Counted from the whole stretch's first letter, positions 13,210 through 25,862 are shown. The stretch is DNA of 63,946 bases, filler included, from Octopus bimaculoides (GCF_001194135.2; 5 parts of 5 records of this genome joined end to end with filler, not necessarily neighbours in it); one strand, 5' to 3'. Notes: generated by a model from the letters alone, not told the origin. Numbers and translations: made by a program.

Positions 13210-13557
13210 TAGGCTTAGTGGTGGTCGTGTGATTTGGAGTTTGCTTACCAATCGCTTGCTTTCAGGTTCAGCACTACTATGTGGCACCTTAGGCAAGTGT
13301 TTTCCACTATAGCCTCGAGTCGATCAAAGCCTTGTAAGTGGATTTACTAAATGGAAACTGAAAGACGTCCATCGTATATGTATATATCTACGTGTGCCTT
13401 TGTGTCTCTGTTCCCCCCCACCACCACTACCTGACAACAGATGTTGGTGTGTTTACGTCTCCATAAGTCAGCAGTTCGGCAAAATGACCGATGGAGTACG
13501 TATCAGTCCCGAGCATGGCTGCAGGTTTAATGACTGAAATAAGTAAAAGATAAAAGA
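13210..13557 (+). mobile_element. SINE family B copy
   Basis: TTCAGGTTCAGCACTACTATGTGGCACCTTAGGCAAGTG head; GTGGATTT..GGAAACTGAAAGA; tail CATGGCTGCAG..TGACTGAAATAAGTAAAAGATAAAAGAT. Confidence 0.9.
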
Positions 13558-13562
13558 TAAAG

Positions 13563-13960
13563 ATAGGGGCATGCGTGGTTATAGAGTTAAGAAGCTTGAT
13601 TCTCAACCATGGATTCTTCTGTTCAGTCCCACTGTATGGCATCTTGGGCAAATGTCTTCTGTTATAGAACCGAGCAGACCAAAACATTGAGTTGATATGG
13701 TAGATGGAATCTGAAAGAAACTCGATGTCTACCTTTGTGTTTGTGTACCTTTGTGTTTGTGCTACGTTTGCCACCTATCGCTGCGTAATAAGTTGATTTG
13801 ATTAAATCCCCGTAACGCAGCTATTCAGGCCACGGAGGCCGTTGGAATAAGTACCAAGCTTTAAAATAAGCACTTGAGTAGATTTGTTTGAGCAAGCCAT
13901 TCAAGTCAAGTGTCCCACCATGGCCACAATCCAATGACTGAAACAAGTAAAAAATAAAAT
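13563..13960 (+). mobile_element. SINE family B copy, head-to-tail after the previous one
   Basis: Same head, body and tail motifs start right after the (TAAAAGA) tail of the first copy. Confidence 0.85.
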
Positions 13961-14089
13961 AAACAAAGATCCATGCATGCATACATGTGAGCGTGTGTCC
14001 GCTTGCGCGTGTGTATGTGTGCGTGTGTGTGTGTGTGTGTTTGTGTGTGTTTAGAAAGTGGGAAAGAACATAGATATGGGATACCGACA

Positions 14090-14108
14090 AAGAGAGAGAG
14101 ACAGAGAC

Positions 14109-14191
<83 letters not shown>

Positions 14192-14247
14192 NNNNNNNNN
14201 NNNNNNNNNNNNNNNNNNNNNNNNNNNNNNNNNNNNNNNNNNNNNNN

Positions 14248-14317
<70 letters not shown>

Positions 14318-14335
14318 TAGAGAGAGAGAGAGACC
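14090..14335. repeat. (GA)n microsatellite spanning an N gap
   Basis: Direct repeats on both sides of Ns. Confidence 0.95.
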
Positions 14336-16543
14336 TTGCTGGACAATAATCTTAATTTTGTAGAATTTCGTTAAATTTCATGCAGTGTCGATCCTGTTTT
14401 TCTCTGGCCAGATTTGCAATAAGTTATTCATTAGCTTATTCTCTGCTTGTTGTACTTACGTGATGATTAATGCTCATGTATTGTGTACTTGTCATCAAAT
14501 AATAAATATTGGATATCTATACACTTTAAAGTATTCAAGAGAATACATTGATTTCACTACGCAAAATATCTCCTCTACAGCTTTCTATGTGACTCTTACC
14601 TTCTCATTATTTCCCTTTCTATTTTGCTTTCTCTCTCTTTGTATAAAGACACACACATATATTTCCTCTCCTTTTGTTATTTATTTCTGACTGTTTTCCA
14701 CCCGCTCTCATTCTCTCTCTCTCTCTCTATCTCTCTATCTATCTATCTATCTATCTTTGTCTCCCTCCTCCTTCCTCTCTCTTTCTGAAAGAAACAAGTC
14801 ACTGTGAAGCAAAATATATTTTCTCATACAGAACAGTTTTCTTCTAACGAATGTTATTTTTCTATGGCATTAAGAAAACACTGCGGATATATTGAATTCT
14901 TTGAATGATAAGAATGTTTCAAATAGGATTTCGTCGCCTGGTTCATTCCAACAAGTATCACAATTTCAATCAAAACAGGCTTGCTTTTAGAAGAAGGTTT
15001 GTTCCTACCGCAAAGACAATAACGATTCATCCGAACGCCATTATAACTATTCATAATCTGAAAGACGCCATTCAAGAATACAGCACTCGATAGCATTTCT
15101 TTAGTTTCTAAGAATCGGTAATAATGTGCAATGCGCAATAAAGAACCCTGCCTCCATCCAAATATTCAAATACGGCCTCAATCCTCTGATATGAAATAGT
15201 AAAATAAAGGCGAATTTTATTTAGAAAATAAATTTAATCTTGGAGGAATATTCTGGAAATGCTTTTGTTTTATATTTTTACGTATAGAATTTACTATCAA
15301 AATTCAAATAGGTTTTTAATTTATCAGTGCTCTAGTTATATATAATTTAAAAACTTCAAAATCAAATTATATTCATGCAGCGATGAGTAGCTCACTATTA
15401 CGTGCTGTGATTTTTATTTATTTTTCGCACATATTTTGCAATTTTGCAATATTCAATATTTTGTAAAATTGAATTGATAAGATATGCTTCTGGTAATTAA
15501 CGCATTAAGAACGTATCCACGTTTATTTCAAGTTCAGAGTTATCTTCTGTATTCTGAGCTTCTTTAAAATGCAGACACGTATCTCACTTATTAGAATTAG
15601 CTATTAATATACTTTTCTGCGTCATAGTTTTTGAGATGCACTACCATATAAATTAGAAAATAAAATTTTTCACTTCATTTAAGAGAACCATCATTTTTCA
15701 GATGGGAAATTATGATTTAAAGTTATGATTTGTTCTCAAATATAAATTTTATGCATCCCAAAGTTGCTATATCGGTATCTATAGTATGAAATAGTAAGCT
15801 CTATGGCCCTTATGGCTTTGGAAGAGAACTAGAGACACCATCACAATCAATACATCAAAGGTAGGTTTCAATTCCAATGCGCTACAAACATTTGCGCGCA
15901 CGCACACACACACACATAAGCACAAAGCATAGACAAAAACAAACACACACACAAAACCACACCGATACAGGTAGATAGCTTGAAATATACATAAGTATGT
16001 ATAGCTAGTANNNNNNNNNNNNNNNNNNNNNNNNNNNNNNNNNNNNNNNNNNNNNNNNNNNNNNNNNNNNNNNNNNNNNNNNNNNNNNNNNNNNNNNNNN
16101 NNNNNNNNNNNNNNNNNNNNNNNNNNNNNNNNNNNNNNNNNNNNNNNNNNNNNNNNNNNNNNNNNNNNNNNNNNNNNNNNNNNNNNNNNNNNNNNNNNNN
16201 NNNNNNNNNNNNNNNNNNNNNNNNNNNNNNNNNNNNNNNNNNNNNNNNNNNNNNNNNNNNNNNNNNNNNNNNNNNNNNNNNNNNNNNNNNNNNNNNNNNN
16301 NNNNNNNNNNNNNNNNNNNNNNNNNNNNNNNNNNNNNNNNNNNNNNNNNNNNNNNNNNNNNNNNNNNNNNNNNNNNNNNNNNNNNNNNNNNNNNNNNNNN
16401 NNNNNNNNNNNNNNNNNNNNNNNNNNNNNNNNNNNNNNNNNNNNNNNNNNNNNNNNNNNNNNNNNNNNNNNNNNNNNNNNNNNNNNNNNNNNNNNNNNNN
16501 NNNNNNNNNNNNNNNNNNNNNNNNNNNNNNNNNNNNNNNNNNN

Positions 16544-16620
16544 NCAGAACGTAGCGACAGGCGAAACACCGTTAAGCAACTCGTCCAGCCTGCTAACGAT
16601 TCCGCCAGCTCGCTGCCTTC

Positions 16621-16655
<35 letters not shown>

Positions 16656-16935
16656 TGATGATGATGATGATGATGATAATAACAATAATAATAATAATTA
16701 TTATTATTATTTCAAATTTTTGCCACACGGGAAGCTTATAAAATGGTACTTTTTTATCGACCCCGAAGAATGAAAGGCAAAGTCGACCTTGGCGGTATTT
16801 GAACTCAGAACGCAGCGAGGAGCGAAACACCGCTAAGCATTTCGTCCAGCGCGCTAACGATTCTGCCAGCCCACCGCCTTCAATAATGGTAATAATAATA
16901 ATAATAATGATGATGATAATAATAATAATAATAAT

Positions 16936-16990
<55 letters not shown>
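16544..16990 (-). mobile_element. Two tandem SINE family A copies (head 16544-16615; 16710-16878) interleaved with (AAT)n arrays
   Basis: GCTAACGATTCCGCCAGCTCG and GAATGAAAGGCAAAGTCGACCTTGGCGGTATTTGAACTCAGAACG..GCTAACGATTCTGCCAGC, each followed by (AAT)n. Confidence 0.9.
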
Positions 16991-17564
16991 CATTCAGTGA
17001 TGTTACATGCCGTTTACGGATTTATCGAAAACTGGCAATGTGGTTACGATGTCGATTTTCGAAAATATCGTCCGATGCTTCCATATATACGTAGGCGCCT
17101 CTTCTAGTGCTTACTGTGCACTTATACACCACATTTCTGATCATGCACTGATTGTCCAAGGGACATTTGGATCTGTCTCTGCATGAGCATAACTGGTTGT
17201 TTTTTTGTTTGTTTGTGCTCAGCGCGCACCAGTTGAATTGGTTCTATTCAGTATATTTGTGGTCATTGTTATCCTATTATTATCACTAGTTCTGGGTGTG
17301 TTAGTGTTGTTGTTTCAACTGTTGCTGGTGTGATTCGTTGGTTGTTTATTGTAGATATCGTAGTTGCTTTGCTCGGCGGATTGGTATTATAGTCATTATA
17401 GTCATTGTCACTTTGATGCATTAATTGGTTGGTATTAGCGGACTTCCTGAAGTAGATACAACGGAAGTACACCATAACTGCAGATGACAACAGGTAGCCT
17501 AAACTGTGCCGGTACTCTACTCAATATTTAAACACACTAATCGAAATATACGTATTTCTCCAAG

Positions 17565-17596
<32 letters not shown>

Positions 17597-19597
17597 NNNN
17601 NNNNNNNNNNNNNNNNNNNNNNNNNNNNNNNNNNNNNNNNNNNNNNNNNNNNNNNNNNNNNNNNNNNNNNNNNNNNNNNNNNNNNNNNNNNNNNNNNNNN
17701 NNNNNNNNNNNNNNNNNNNNNNNNNNNNNNNNNNNNNNNNNNNNNNNNNNNNNNNNNNNNNNNNNNNNNNNNNNNNNNNNNNNNNNNNNNNNNNNNNNNN
17801 NNNNNNNNNNNNNNNNNNNNNNNNNNNNNNNNNNNNNNNNNNNNNNNNNNNNNNNNNNNNNNNNNNNNNNNNNNNNNNNNNNNNNNNNNNNNNNNNNNNN
17901 NNNNNNNNNNNNNNNNNNNNNNNNNNNNNNNNNNNNNNNNNNNNNNNNNNNNNNNNNNNNNNNNNNNNNNNNNNNNNNNNNNNNNNNNNNNNNNNNNNNN
18001 NNNNNNNNNNNNNNNNNNNNNNNNNNNNNNNNNNNNNNNNNNNNNNNNNNNNNNNNNNNNNNNNNNNNNNNNNNNNNNNNNNNNNNNNNNNNNNNNNNNN
18101 NNNNNNNNNNNNNNNNNNNNNNNNNNNNNNNNNNNNNNNNNNNNNNNNNNNNNNNNNNNNNNNNNNNNNNNNNNNNNNNNNNNNNNNNNNNNNNNNNNNN
18201 NNNNNNNNNNNNNNNNNNNNNNNNNNNNNNNNNNNNNNNNNNNNNNNNNNNNNNNNNNNNNNNNNNNNNNNNNNNNNNNNNNNNNNNNNNNNNNNNNNNN
18301 NNNNNNNNNNNNNNNNNNNNNNNNNNNNNNNNNNNNNNNNNNNNNNNNNNNNNNNNNNNNNNNNNNNNNNNNNNNNNNNNNNNNNNNNNNNNNNNNNNNN
18401 NNNNNNNNNNNNNNNNNNNNNNNNNNNNNNNNNNNNNNNNNNNNNNNNNNNNNNNNNNNNNNNNNNNNNNNNNNNNNNNNNNNNNNNNNNNNNNNNNNNN
18501 NNNNNNNNNNNNNNNNNNNNNNNNNNNNNNNNTATATATATATATATATATTCAGCTGGTGTCTTTTACCGGAATTAAAGTTATACGATTCATTGATATA
18601 TCTGGCAAGCATTATTTGGTGTAAAGAAAGCGTGTTCCAAAGGAAGATGGTATCTAAAGATCGTAATTTCATTGACTATCACTGACCTAGTCATTTAGAC
18701 GCAACAGGCTGCATGTCGCAACTACAAAAACTGTACAAGAGGGGCACGTAAGAACATATCCTTATGAGAGACACAACTGTATTTTATTTAATAAAATGAA
18801 CGCTAATCTGCTGACACTAATCAACTTCACATATATTCAACAAATAACTGCAGTAAGAGTTTTCTTAAGGCTAGCTATATTTATATAAACAACACAGAAT
18901 TATAAATCTCTAACGGCAGCCCTAAATCTGTAAACACCACAGAAACCATCTAACTTTAATATACTTGTATGGACACAATTAGTTGTCCTTTGATTTTTTT
19001 ATATATTTGATTCTCTATATTTAATACTCAATATTTCATATATTCANNNNNNNNNNACATATATATATATAAGTTGATAAACATTTGCACAAAAAAGATC
19101 TAGATGAATCATAATTCAAGATAACGTGTTAAATAATATATGAGAGAATGTCGCTATATAATTATTCAGACAATGACACTTGAAAGACTAGTAGCGCTTC
19201 TCTCAAGGTTCCAAACCACCTCAATCCCAGCTTATGACTTCGAAACACGGAAACAATAAGAATAGCCTTGTAAATGTTACCAATACAGACACAGACACAG
19301 ACACATACACATACACACACACACCTACACGCACGCGAATACAGAAACACAAACATACACATACGCACACACGCATATCTATGTTTGGAATTACAAACGA
19401 GGAGTAAAAGTACTCTAAACATGAAGTGGATTTATACATGCTGCTATTATAATTCGAAGTTTAAACTCCATACCGTCATTACTTAAATGTCCGCGTGTCT
19501 GCTTGTCAAATGATTTCTCGAATATGCAAGACAATAATTGGCTCGATAATCAGAAAGTGAAATATCAAGTAACAACAAAGATTCCTCTTTGACCCAA

Positions 19598-19641
<44 letters not shown>

Positions 19642-19681
19642 CCACCTCTCTCTCCCCCTCTCTCTCTCTATAATATATATA

Positions 19682-19781
19682 NNNNNNNNNNNNNNNNNNN
19701 NNNNNNNNNNNNNNNNNNNNNNNNNTTAATTAATTAANNNNNNNNNNNNNNNNNNNNNNNNNNNNNNNNNNNNNNNNNNNN
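19682..19781. other. Artificial scaffold-join linker N44-TTAATTAATTAA-N44
   Basis: Exactly 100 nt; 12-mer at 19726-19737 has stops in all six frames; same structure occurs four times. Confidence 0.97.
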
Positions 19782-19974
19782 CGAAACTGAATGAATATCT
19801 GACATTGATTTATGGTCCCGTAACCTTTAACTCTGTCTTTTCATGGTGACTGTTGTGGACAGATTCTTTGACATTTGTTTGTCCACATTACAACATACAC
19901 CACGATGCTCTACACTTCCCATTAAATCACACAATATGGTGTTACACTACGTCGCACCGACCTACACTCATCAC

Positions 19975-20230
19975 AGCACGTGGTAATGCTTTGCTTTGCG
20001 GTTAGGGTGTTGCACTCATAATCGTAAGCTTGTGGTTTCGATTCCTGCACCGCGGGTGATGCGTTATCTTCTTCAGCAAAAGACCTCGTTTCATGCTGCT
20101 GCAGTCCACTCAGCACGCAAAAAACATGAGTAATCCTGCAACGGACCGGTGTCCCCGTCCAGGACAGATTTCTTAAACGGAATATATACGCTTCAGAATC
20201 CGGGAATGCGGCTTTATGAGCCTATGTTTC
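19975..20230 (+). mobile_element. tRNA-derived SINE family C variant (Meta/V-type-like 3' region)
   Basis: GTGGTTTCGATTCCTG B-box; CAGCAAAAGACCTCGTTTCATGCTGCTGCAGTCCACTCAGC shared with the 20315 copy; CCTGCAACGGACCGGTGTCCCCGTCCAGG. Confidence 0.7.
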
Positions 20231-20314
20231 GAGGAAAGTCTTTGATCCCGTTCTTTGCCATCACACCATCCACTAAATCTCACCGTGTCATATCACCGTA
20301 CTATATCAGAGAGA

Positions 20315-20655
20315 AGGTGCATGGCTCAGTGGTTAGAGCGTCGTGCTCGCAATCATGAGATAGTGAGTTCGATTCCCTGACCGGGCTTTGTGATATGTTC
20401 TTGAGCAAGACACTTTATTTCACGTTGCTCCAGTTTACTCAGCTGTAGAAATGAGTTGTGACGTCACTGGTGCCAACCTGTATCAGCCTTTGCCTTTCCC
20501 TTGGATAACACAAGTGGCGTGGAGAGGGGAGGCTGGTGTGCATGGGCGACTGCTGGTCTTCTATAAACAATCTTGCAGGACTTGTACCTCGGAGAGTAAG
20601 TTTCTAGGTGTAATTCCCCATGGTCATTCATGACCGAAGGGTCTTCTACCCTTTA
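20315..20655 (+). mobile_element. Full-length tRNA-derived SINE family C with intact Pol III A and B boxes
   Basis: A box TGGCTCAGTGG (20322-20332), B box GAGTTCGATTCC (20365-20376), TTCTTGAGCAAGACACTTTATTTCAC core, (ACCCTTT) tail. Homologous inverted copy at 23864-24192. Confidence 0.9.
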
Positions 20656-20761
20656 CCCTTTACTTTTTGCTCCTTTATTATATCCCACAACACAGTGTTA
20701 CTCTACATCATATTACACCATTTCAAACATACACCACAGTTGTGAAGTGTTCTAGGTAGAT

Positions 20762-20910
20762 CAGTGGTTCTCAACCCTCTTTTTACCTATTGATCCCTTT
20801 CATTCTAAAACATTTGTTTTTCACAACCCTCTTTTTACCTATGGATCCCTTTCATTCTAATTTTACTCGGGTTGGCCCTCATAACCAGTTGATGCTTGAA
20901 AAATTCTTTT
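20762..20910 (+). mobile_element. Left part of a hAT/Charlie-like MITE with an internal ~38-bp duplication
   Basis: Starts CAGTGGTTCTCAACC; similar to 35146-35472 and 36275-36528; CAACCCTCTTTTTACCTAT(T/G)GATCCCTTTCATTCTAA occurs twice; a SINE B fragment follows at about 20925. Confidence 0.7.
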
Positions 20911-22227
20911 CTTTTACCTTTTATTTGTTCAGTCATTAGTTGAACGAATCGACCCCAGTACTTTTTTTCGAAATCTTGGTACTTATTCTATCGCACACTA
21001 TGTACTCTGAACCCCGCCACACTGTCGACAACACCAACCCGACACCCACAATTCGACACTAAACGCTATATTGCCGTGATTTGGTGGGGGCGAATAGTGT
21101 CAGTTTGGTAAACAGGGACAAAAAAATTAAATTAAAATGCTAATGTCAGCATCGTAAGAGCTCTAGTCTACTGAAATGAACTGATCTGATGCCCCTAGAT
21201 GTTAGAGAATTGGTAAGACTCTTTAAGAGGTGAAATTTGAAAGGATTTTTTTTAGATCCTTGTAGTTGGGGGTAAGCGAGGAAGATTCATCAAACGGACT
21301 TCCAGATCAAAATTTAAGTTGCTGCGATCATTAATGCAAGCAGCAGAGATAGTATTTTTTTTCAGACATACGAAACTTGTTTGGCTGGCAATATGTTTTT
21401 TCCTCGCTGATGAACGATGATGATGATGAAGAGGAGGATGATAAAAGAAATATAGTAGTGTGGTGATGGTAGTGATGCTCGAGGATGGGGACATGGTGAG
21501 GATGATCTGTGATTGCGAGTTTGATATCGATGGGAATGTTAACGGTGATGATAGTGATGATAATGATGAAGATTTGGGTGACGTTGGCGGTAGCTTTGAC
21601 GACAGATAAAAATGAAGAGACAATGTGAATAAGGGATGAACCGGTTTGTAGTGACCAACCCCATTAACCCTTGTTGACAGAAATTCCTTATGTAGTAGAT
21701 TTAAATACCTTCCCCGTATTTACTTAACTCCCCTTTATATTTCGAACTTCAAACTCACAGTCAGTCTCAGGTTGGATCATTCTTCTTTTGCGAGTTGGTT
21801 GGTTAACTTTTTGATTGCGTAATTAAATTTTCTGGTAATTCCCGTAATGATGTTAATTATCCACCAAAAATAGAACTGATATTTTCTGCTTCTGTTATAT
21901 TATTTCGACATCTGTTGGTACAGTTTTCATATCCTCTACCGAAAGTTTTTGATTCTAGCTCTGTAAAGAGATATTTGACGAATATGTGAAAAAAATTACG
22001 AAAATCCGAGAAATCGTCTTTTGTAAAAAGTATAACTGAGTGTATCTCCATTTCTCGCTGCTTAAAGTGAAGATTTTCAATACTATGAGGTTAGCTTCCT
22101 GCAGTTAACGGTAATAAAAGACTGAACGGCTGTATCCGCTTTCCTCGTCCGAATGGTTCAGAACTGTGGTTGCATTACTTTGGGAAATTCTACTCTTGAA
22201 TCAGTGTTAAAATTAATATTTATCAAG

Positions 22228-22505
22228 TGAGTTTGGCAGAATTGTTAGCACGCCAGGCGAAACGCTTAGCGGCATTTCGTCCGTCTTCATGTTCTGAGTT
22301 CAAATTCCGTCGAGGTCGACTTTGCCTTTCATCCATATGGGATCGAGAAAATAAGTACTAGTGGAGCACTTACCTCTCCCCCAAAATTGCTGGCGTTGAG
22401 TCAAAATTTGAAATCGATATTTATGAAGTTTGGCACAATCGTTTGCACGCCGGGCGAAACGCTTAGCGGCATTTCGTCCGTCTTTACGTTCTGAGTTCAA
22501 ATTCC
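22228..22505 (+). mobile_element. Tandem SINE family A dimer (full copy 22228-22420, truncated copy 22428-22505)
   Basis: GGCGAAACGCTTAGCGGCATTTCGTCCGTCTT..GTTCTGAGTTCAAATTCC occurs twice. Confidence 0.9.
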
Positions 22506-23359
22506 TCTTCAACACATTTCAGATTCTGTTAAGCTCTATAGAACCGTTTAAGAAGACAGTNNNNNNNNNNNNNNNNNNNNNNNNNNAGACAGTTTCAGCT
22601 GCAGTGGCTCGTAGATAAAATGTGTGGGGTTGCTGCTTCAAAAAATGTTTAGCCGTTGTTTTAATATTGTGTAAAAGGAAACAAACATATAAAAAGAAAA
22701 TTTATACATAAATTTGAACGGTTCGCGTTTTAGCCAATGCCGGGTAGTGTGTTTAATTTGTTCACGGAACACCGCCGCGAATTCCCCTTTGTTTTTCAAA
22801 ATTCCTCCCTAAATCACAAAATAAGATGGAGGGGAATGAGCCCTATTTTTCAAATCTTGGCAGCAAACTGAAGCTGGAAGCAGGATACTAATCTAATTCT
22901 ACACTTTATCACATTCAAGAATATAAACACGTTTTTAAGCACAGCACACGCAGAGTTACGAAGAAACACTACCTTTCACCAACACACCTATCTCGGACAT
23001 GTGAGCATGCGCATGGCAGCCAACACGGTGTCGCTAGAACTATGCCGCGCACAATTCTATACAAGGCTACTAACAATTCTATACAATGGCTACTAACATT
23101 AAACTTAAGGATTATATAATACACAAATATAAAGAAAGAATTAAAGGAAAAATGACTCATTATACTGAATGTTATCGATAATATCGAGTGGAAATAGGGG
23201 GAGCTGCAGTTCCGCAGTTCCGCAGTACCTATACACGAGCCGCCGCTGGTCAGCTGTAATAGGAAGGGAGGGGAGACTCTGTGTAGTTGTATGATACGTT
23301 AGAAATAGCAGACAAGTCTTCCTTAATTTACACTTGCCTTTTTGAACAAGGAAAGAACC

Positions 23360-23735
23360 ATATAGGCTGTGTGGTAAAGAAACTTGATTTGCAGGCTTGT
23401 GGTTTGGGGGTCGGTTCCATTCCGCAGCACCGTAGACAAGTATCTTTCATTTTAGCCCCAGACTGACCAATGCGTTGTGAGTGAATTTCATAGACGGATA
23501 TTGTATGGAAGCTCGATAAGTTTGTGTGTGTGTGAGGGGTAGTCCTTTGTGTTCGTCTCCACGCCACTTGAAAACCGCTGCTGGTTTGTTTACGTCCCCG
23601 TAATGTATCAGTTGGGTACAAGAGATCGATAGAATAAGTCCTAAACTTAATAAATAAATACTGGAGTCGATTCGTTCGACTGAAACATTTTAAGGTAGTG
23701 CCCTAGCATGGCTGCAGTCCAATGACTGAAACAGT
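23360..23735 (+). mobile_element. SINE family B copy
   Basis: GGCTGTGTGGTAAAGAAACTTG head; GTTTACGTCCCCGTAA body; GCATGGCTGCAGTCCAATGACTGAAACAG tail. Confidence 0.9.
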
Positions 23736-23863
23736 TAAAAGATGTAAGAAGATAAGTGAACGGATCTTCGTCGGTTTCGAAGATTATTATTCAATTGTTC
23801 GATCAACGGAATTACCTGCTCATTGAATCAGCATGTAAGTGGTTCAATATTGCGCAGAATATA

Positions 23864-24192
23864 AAAGGGTAAAGACCCTCCACCCTCTTAGATCATGAAT
23901 GACCATGGGATTGCGCCTAGAAAGTTATCTTCCAAGGTACAAGTCTGGCAAGGTTGTTTATGGAAGACCAGCAGTCGCTCATGCATACCAACCTCCCCTC
24001 TTCACGTCACCGATGTTACCCAAGGGAAAGGCAAAGGCCAACACAACTCGGCAACTCATTTCTACTGATGAGTAACTGAAGCAACGTGAAATATAGTGTC
24101 TTGCTCAAGAACACTACACACAGCCCGGTCCGAAAATCGAACTCACTACCTAATGATTGTAGGTCGATGCTCTAATCACTGAGCCATGTACC
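23864..24192 (-). mobile_element. SINE family C full-length copy
   Basis: Reverse complement of 20315-20655 motifs (GAAGACCAGCAGTCGC, GTGTCTTGCTCAAGAACAC, CACTGAGCCATG). Confidence 0.9.
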
Positions 24193-24295
24193 GTCACAGA
24201 AAATACCCTTGCCGTAATCCTAGGACACTATCAGCGCCACACCGTGTGTGAAGATTGCACCTTTGAATAATTAGATGTACTTTGTATTCAACAGG

Positions 24296-24445
24296 TTTTT
24301 GTAGTTTCCGTGTACTAGATTTCGTTCAAGCGGCTTGAGTTGACCTTAGGCTATAATAAATTACGCTTTCACAAGATGGTACTGGAGAATTGAATCCGAA
24401 AGATCATTACTCCAAAGCGAACTTCCTAACCACTTGGCTATGCTG
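24296..24445 (-). mobile_element. SINE family B 5' half, degenerate
   Basis: GTTTCCGTGTACTAGATTTC..GGCTATAA..CTTCCTAACCACTTGGCTATGC. Confidence 0.65.
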
Positions 24446-24582
24446 CGTTCATTTTCTTTATGACGGTTCTGAAAGGGAGGTCTTTGATCTCGATAGATCT
24501 GATCGACCGAAGTTGAACTGAGACAAAACACCACCACAGCCACTACAAACAACAACAACAACAACAGAAACAGCAACAATAC

Positions 24583-25387
24583 GGATCTAGTTCAAAACGG
24601 GGGCACCAGTTTTTATTTATGTTTTATGTAGTGTTTTTGGTACCGAAAGACTTTCAAACTTCGTATACTTATCTATTTTGTGTTATAGAACAGAAAAAAA
24701 ATTTTGTATTCGAAGTTATTTCATGTAAAAAATTGTCTTATTTCGATAATTTCAACCAATCACTGACAAGTATTCAGCTGTTTACAGTTACTCCTTTGGC
24801 ANNNNNNNNNNNNNNNNNNNNNNNNNNNNNNNNNNNNNNNNNNNNNNNNNNNNNNNNNNNNNNNNNNNNNNNNNNNNNNNNNNNNNNNNNNNNNNNNNNN
24901 NNNNNNNNNNNNNNNNNNNNNNNNNNNNNNNNNNNNNNNNNNNNNNNNNNNNNNNNNNNNNNNNNNNNNNNNNNNNNNNNNNNNNNNNNNNNNNNNNNNN
25001 NNNNNNNNNNNNNNNNNNNNNNNNNNNNNNNNNNNNNNNNNNNNNNNNNNNNNNNNNNNNNNNNNNNNNNNNNNNNNNNNNNNNNNNNNNNNNNNNNNNN
25101 NNNNNNNNNNNNNNNNNNNNNNNNNNNNNNNNNNNNNNNNNNNNNNNNNNNNNNNNNNNNNNNNNNNNNNNNNNNNNNNNNNNNACTGTATTCGGCTGAA
25201 TGGACGTCAGTTATTGGTTGAAATTACAGAAATACGACAACTTTAACATGAAATAAGTTGCAATATAATAATTTTTCTTAAGAAGACTAAGAGAAAAAGA
25301 TGTTTTATATGACACATTCTACCAGTGTCCCAAGTTTTAAAGTGTTTCGTTAAGAAAATACTGGCGCCCCCGTTTTGAACTAGATCC
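24583..25387. mobile_element. Non-autonomous DNA transposon, Merlin-like (GG-starting 28-bp TIRs, 8-bp TSD); contains gap 24802-25184
   Basis: TIR GGATCTAGTTCAAAACGGGGGC(A/G)CCAGT, 27/28 identical; perfect TSD AACAATAC at 24575-24582 and 25388-25395. Confidence 0.85.
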
Positions 25388-25799
25388 AACAATACTACCA
25401 CCAGCAACAGCAACAACAACTAGACTAGCAACAAAAATATTATCAGCACCACCAGCAGCACGACCAACAAGTGTCACCATATGTCAATGCATTTAATTGG
25501 TCAATCGTAACTGTATCACATACAACATGTGTATGTGTAGTCTAGTTCCTGTACCGTAGTTCAGTTGTTATCTCTCGCCTTATATACATATATATATATA
25601 TATATATAATACTTAATATCTTAACAAGTATGTAATCCAATTCACTATGACACATGTATTTAGTCATGAAATACCTTGTTTTCCCGACCTACAATCAATC
25701 CACGACCATTTCACCGTCTACCCCTTCGCTCCATAAGTTGGTTGACAATAATTAAGATGTCAGCTGTTCCCGCGATGCTCTCCTTGCTTGCTGCCCTGG

Positions 25800-25809
25800 C
25801 TGTTGTTGT

Positions 25810-25862
<53 letters not shown>

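Noticed and set aside
20315-20390. tRNA gene
   Set aside because: A and B boxes are present, but the sequence continues into a SINE body with other copies in the window, and I see no closed acceptor stem.
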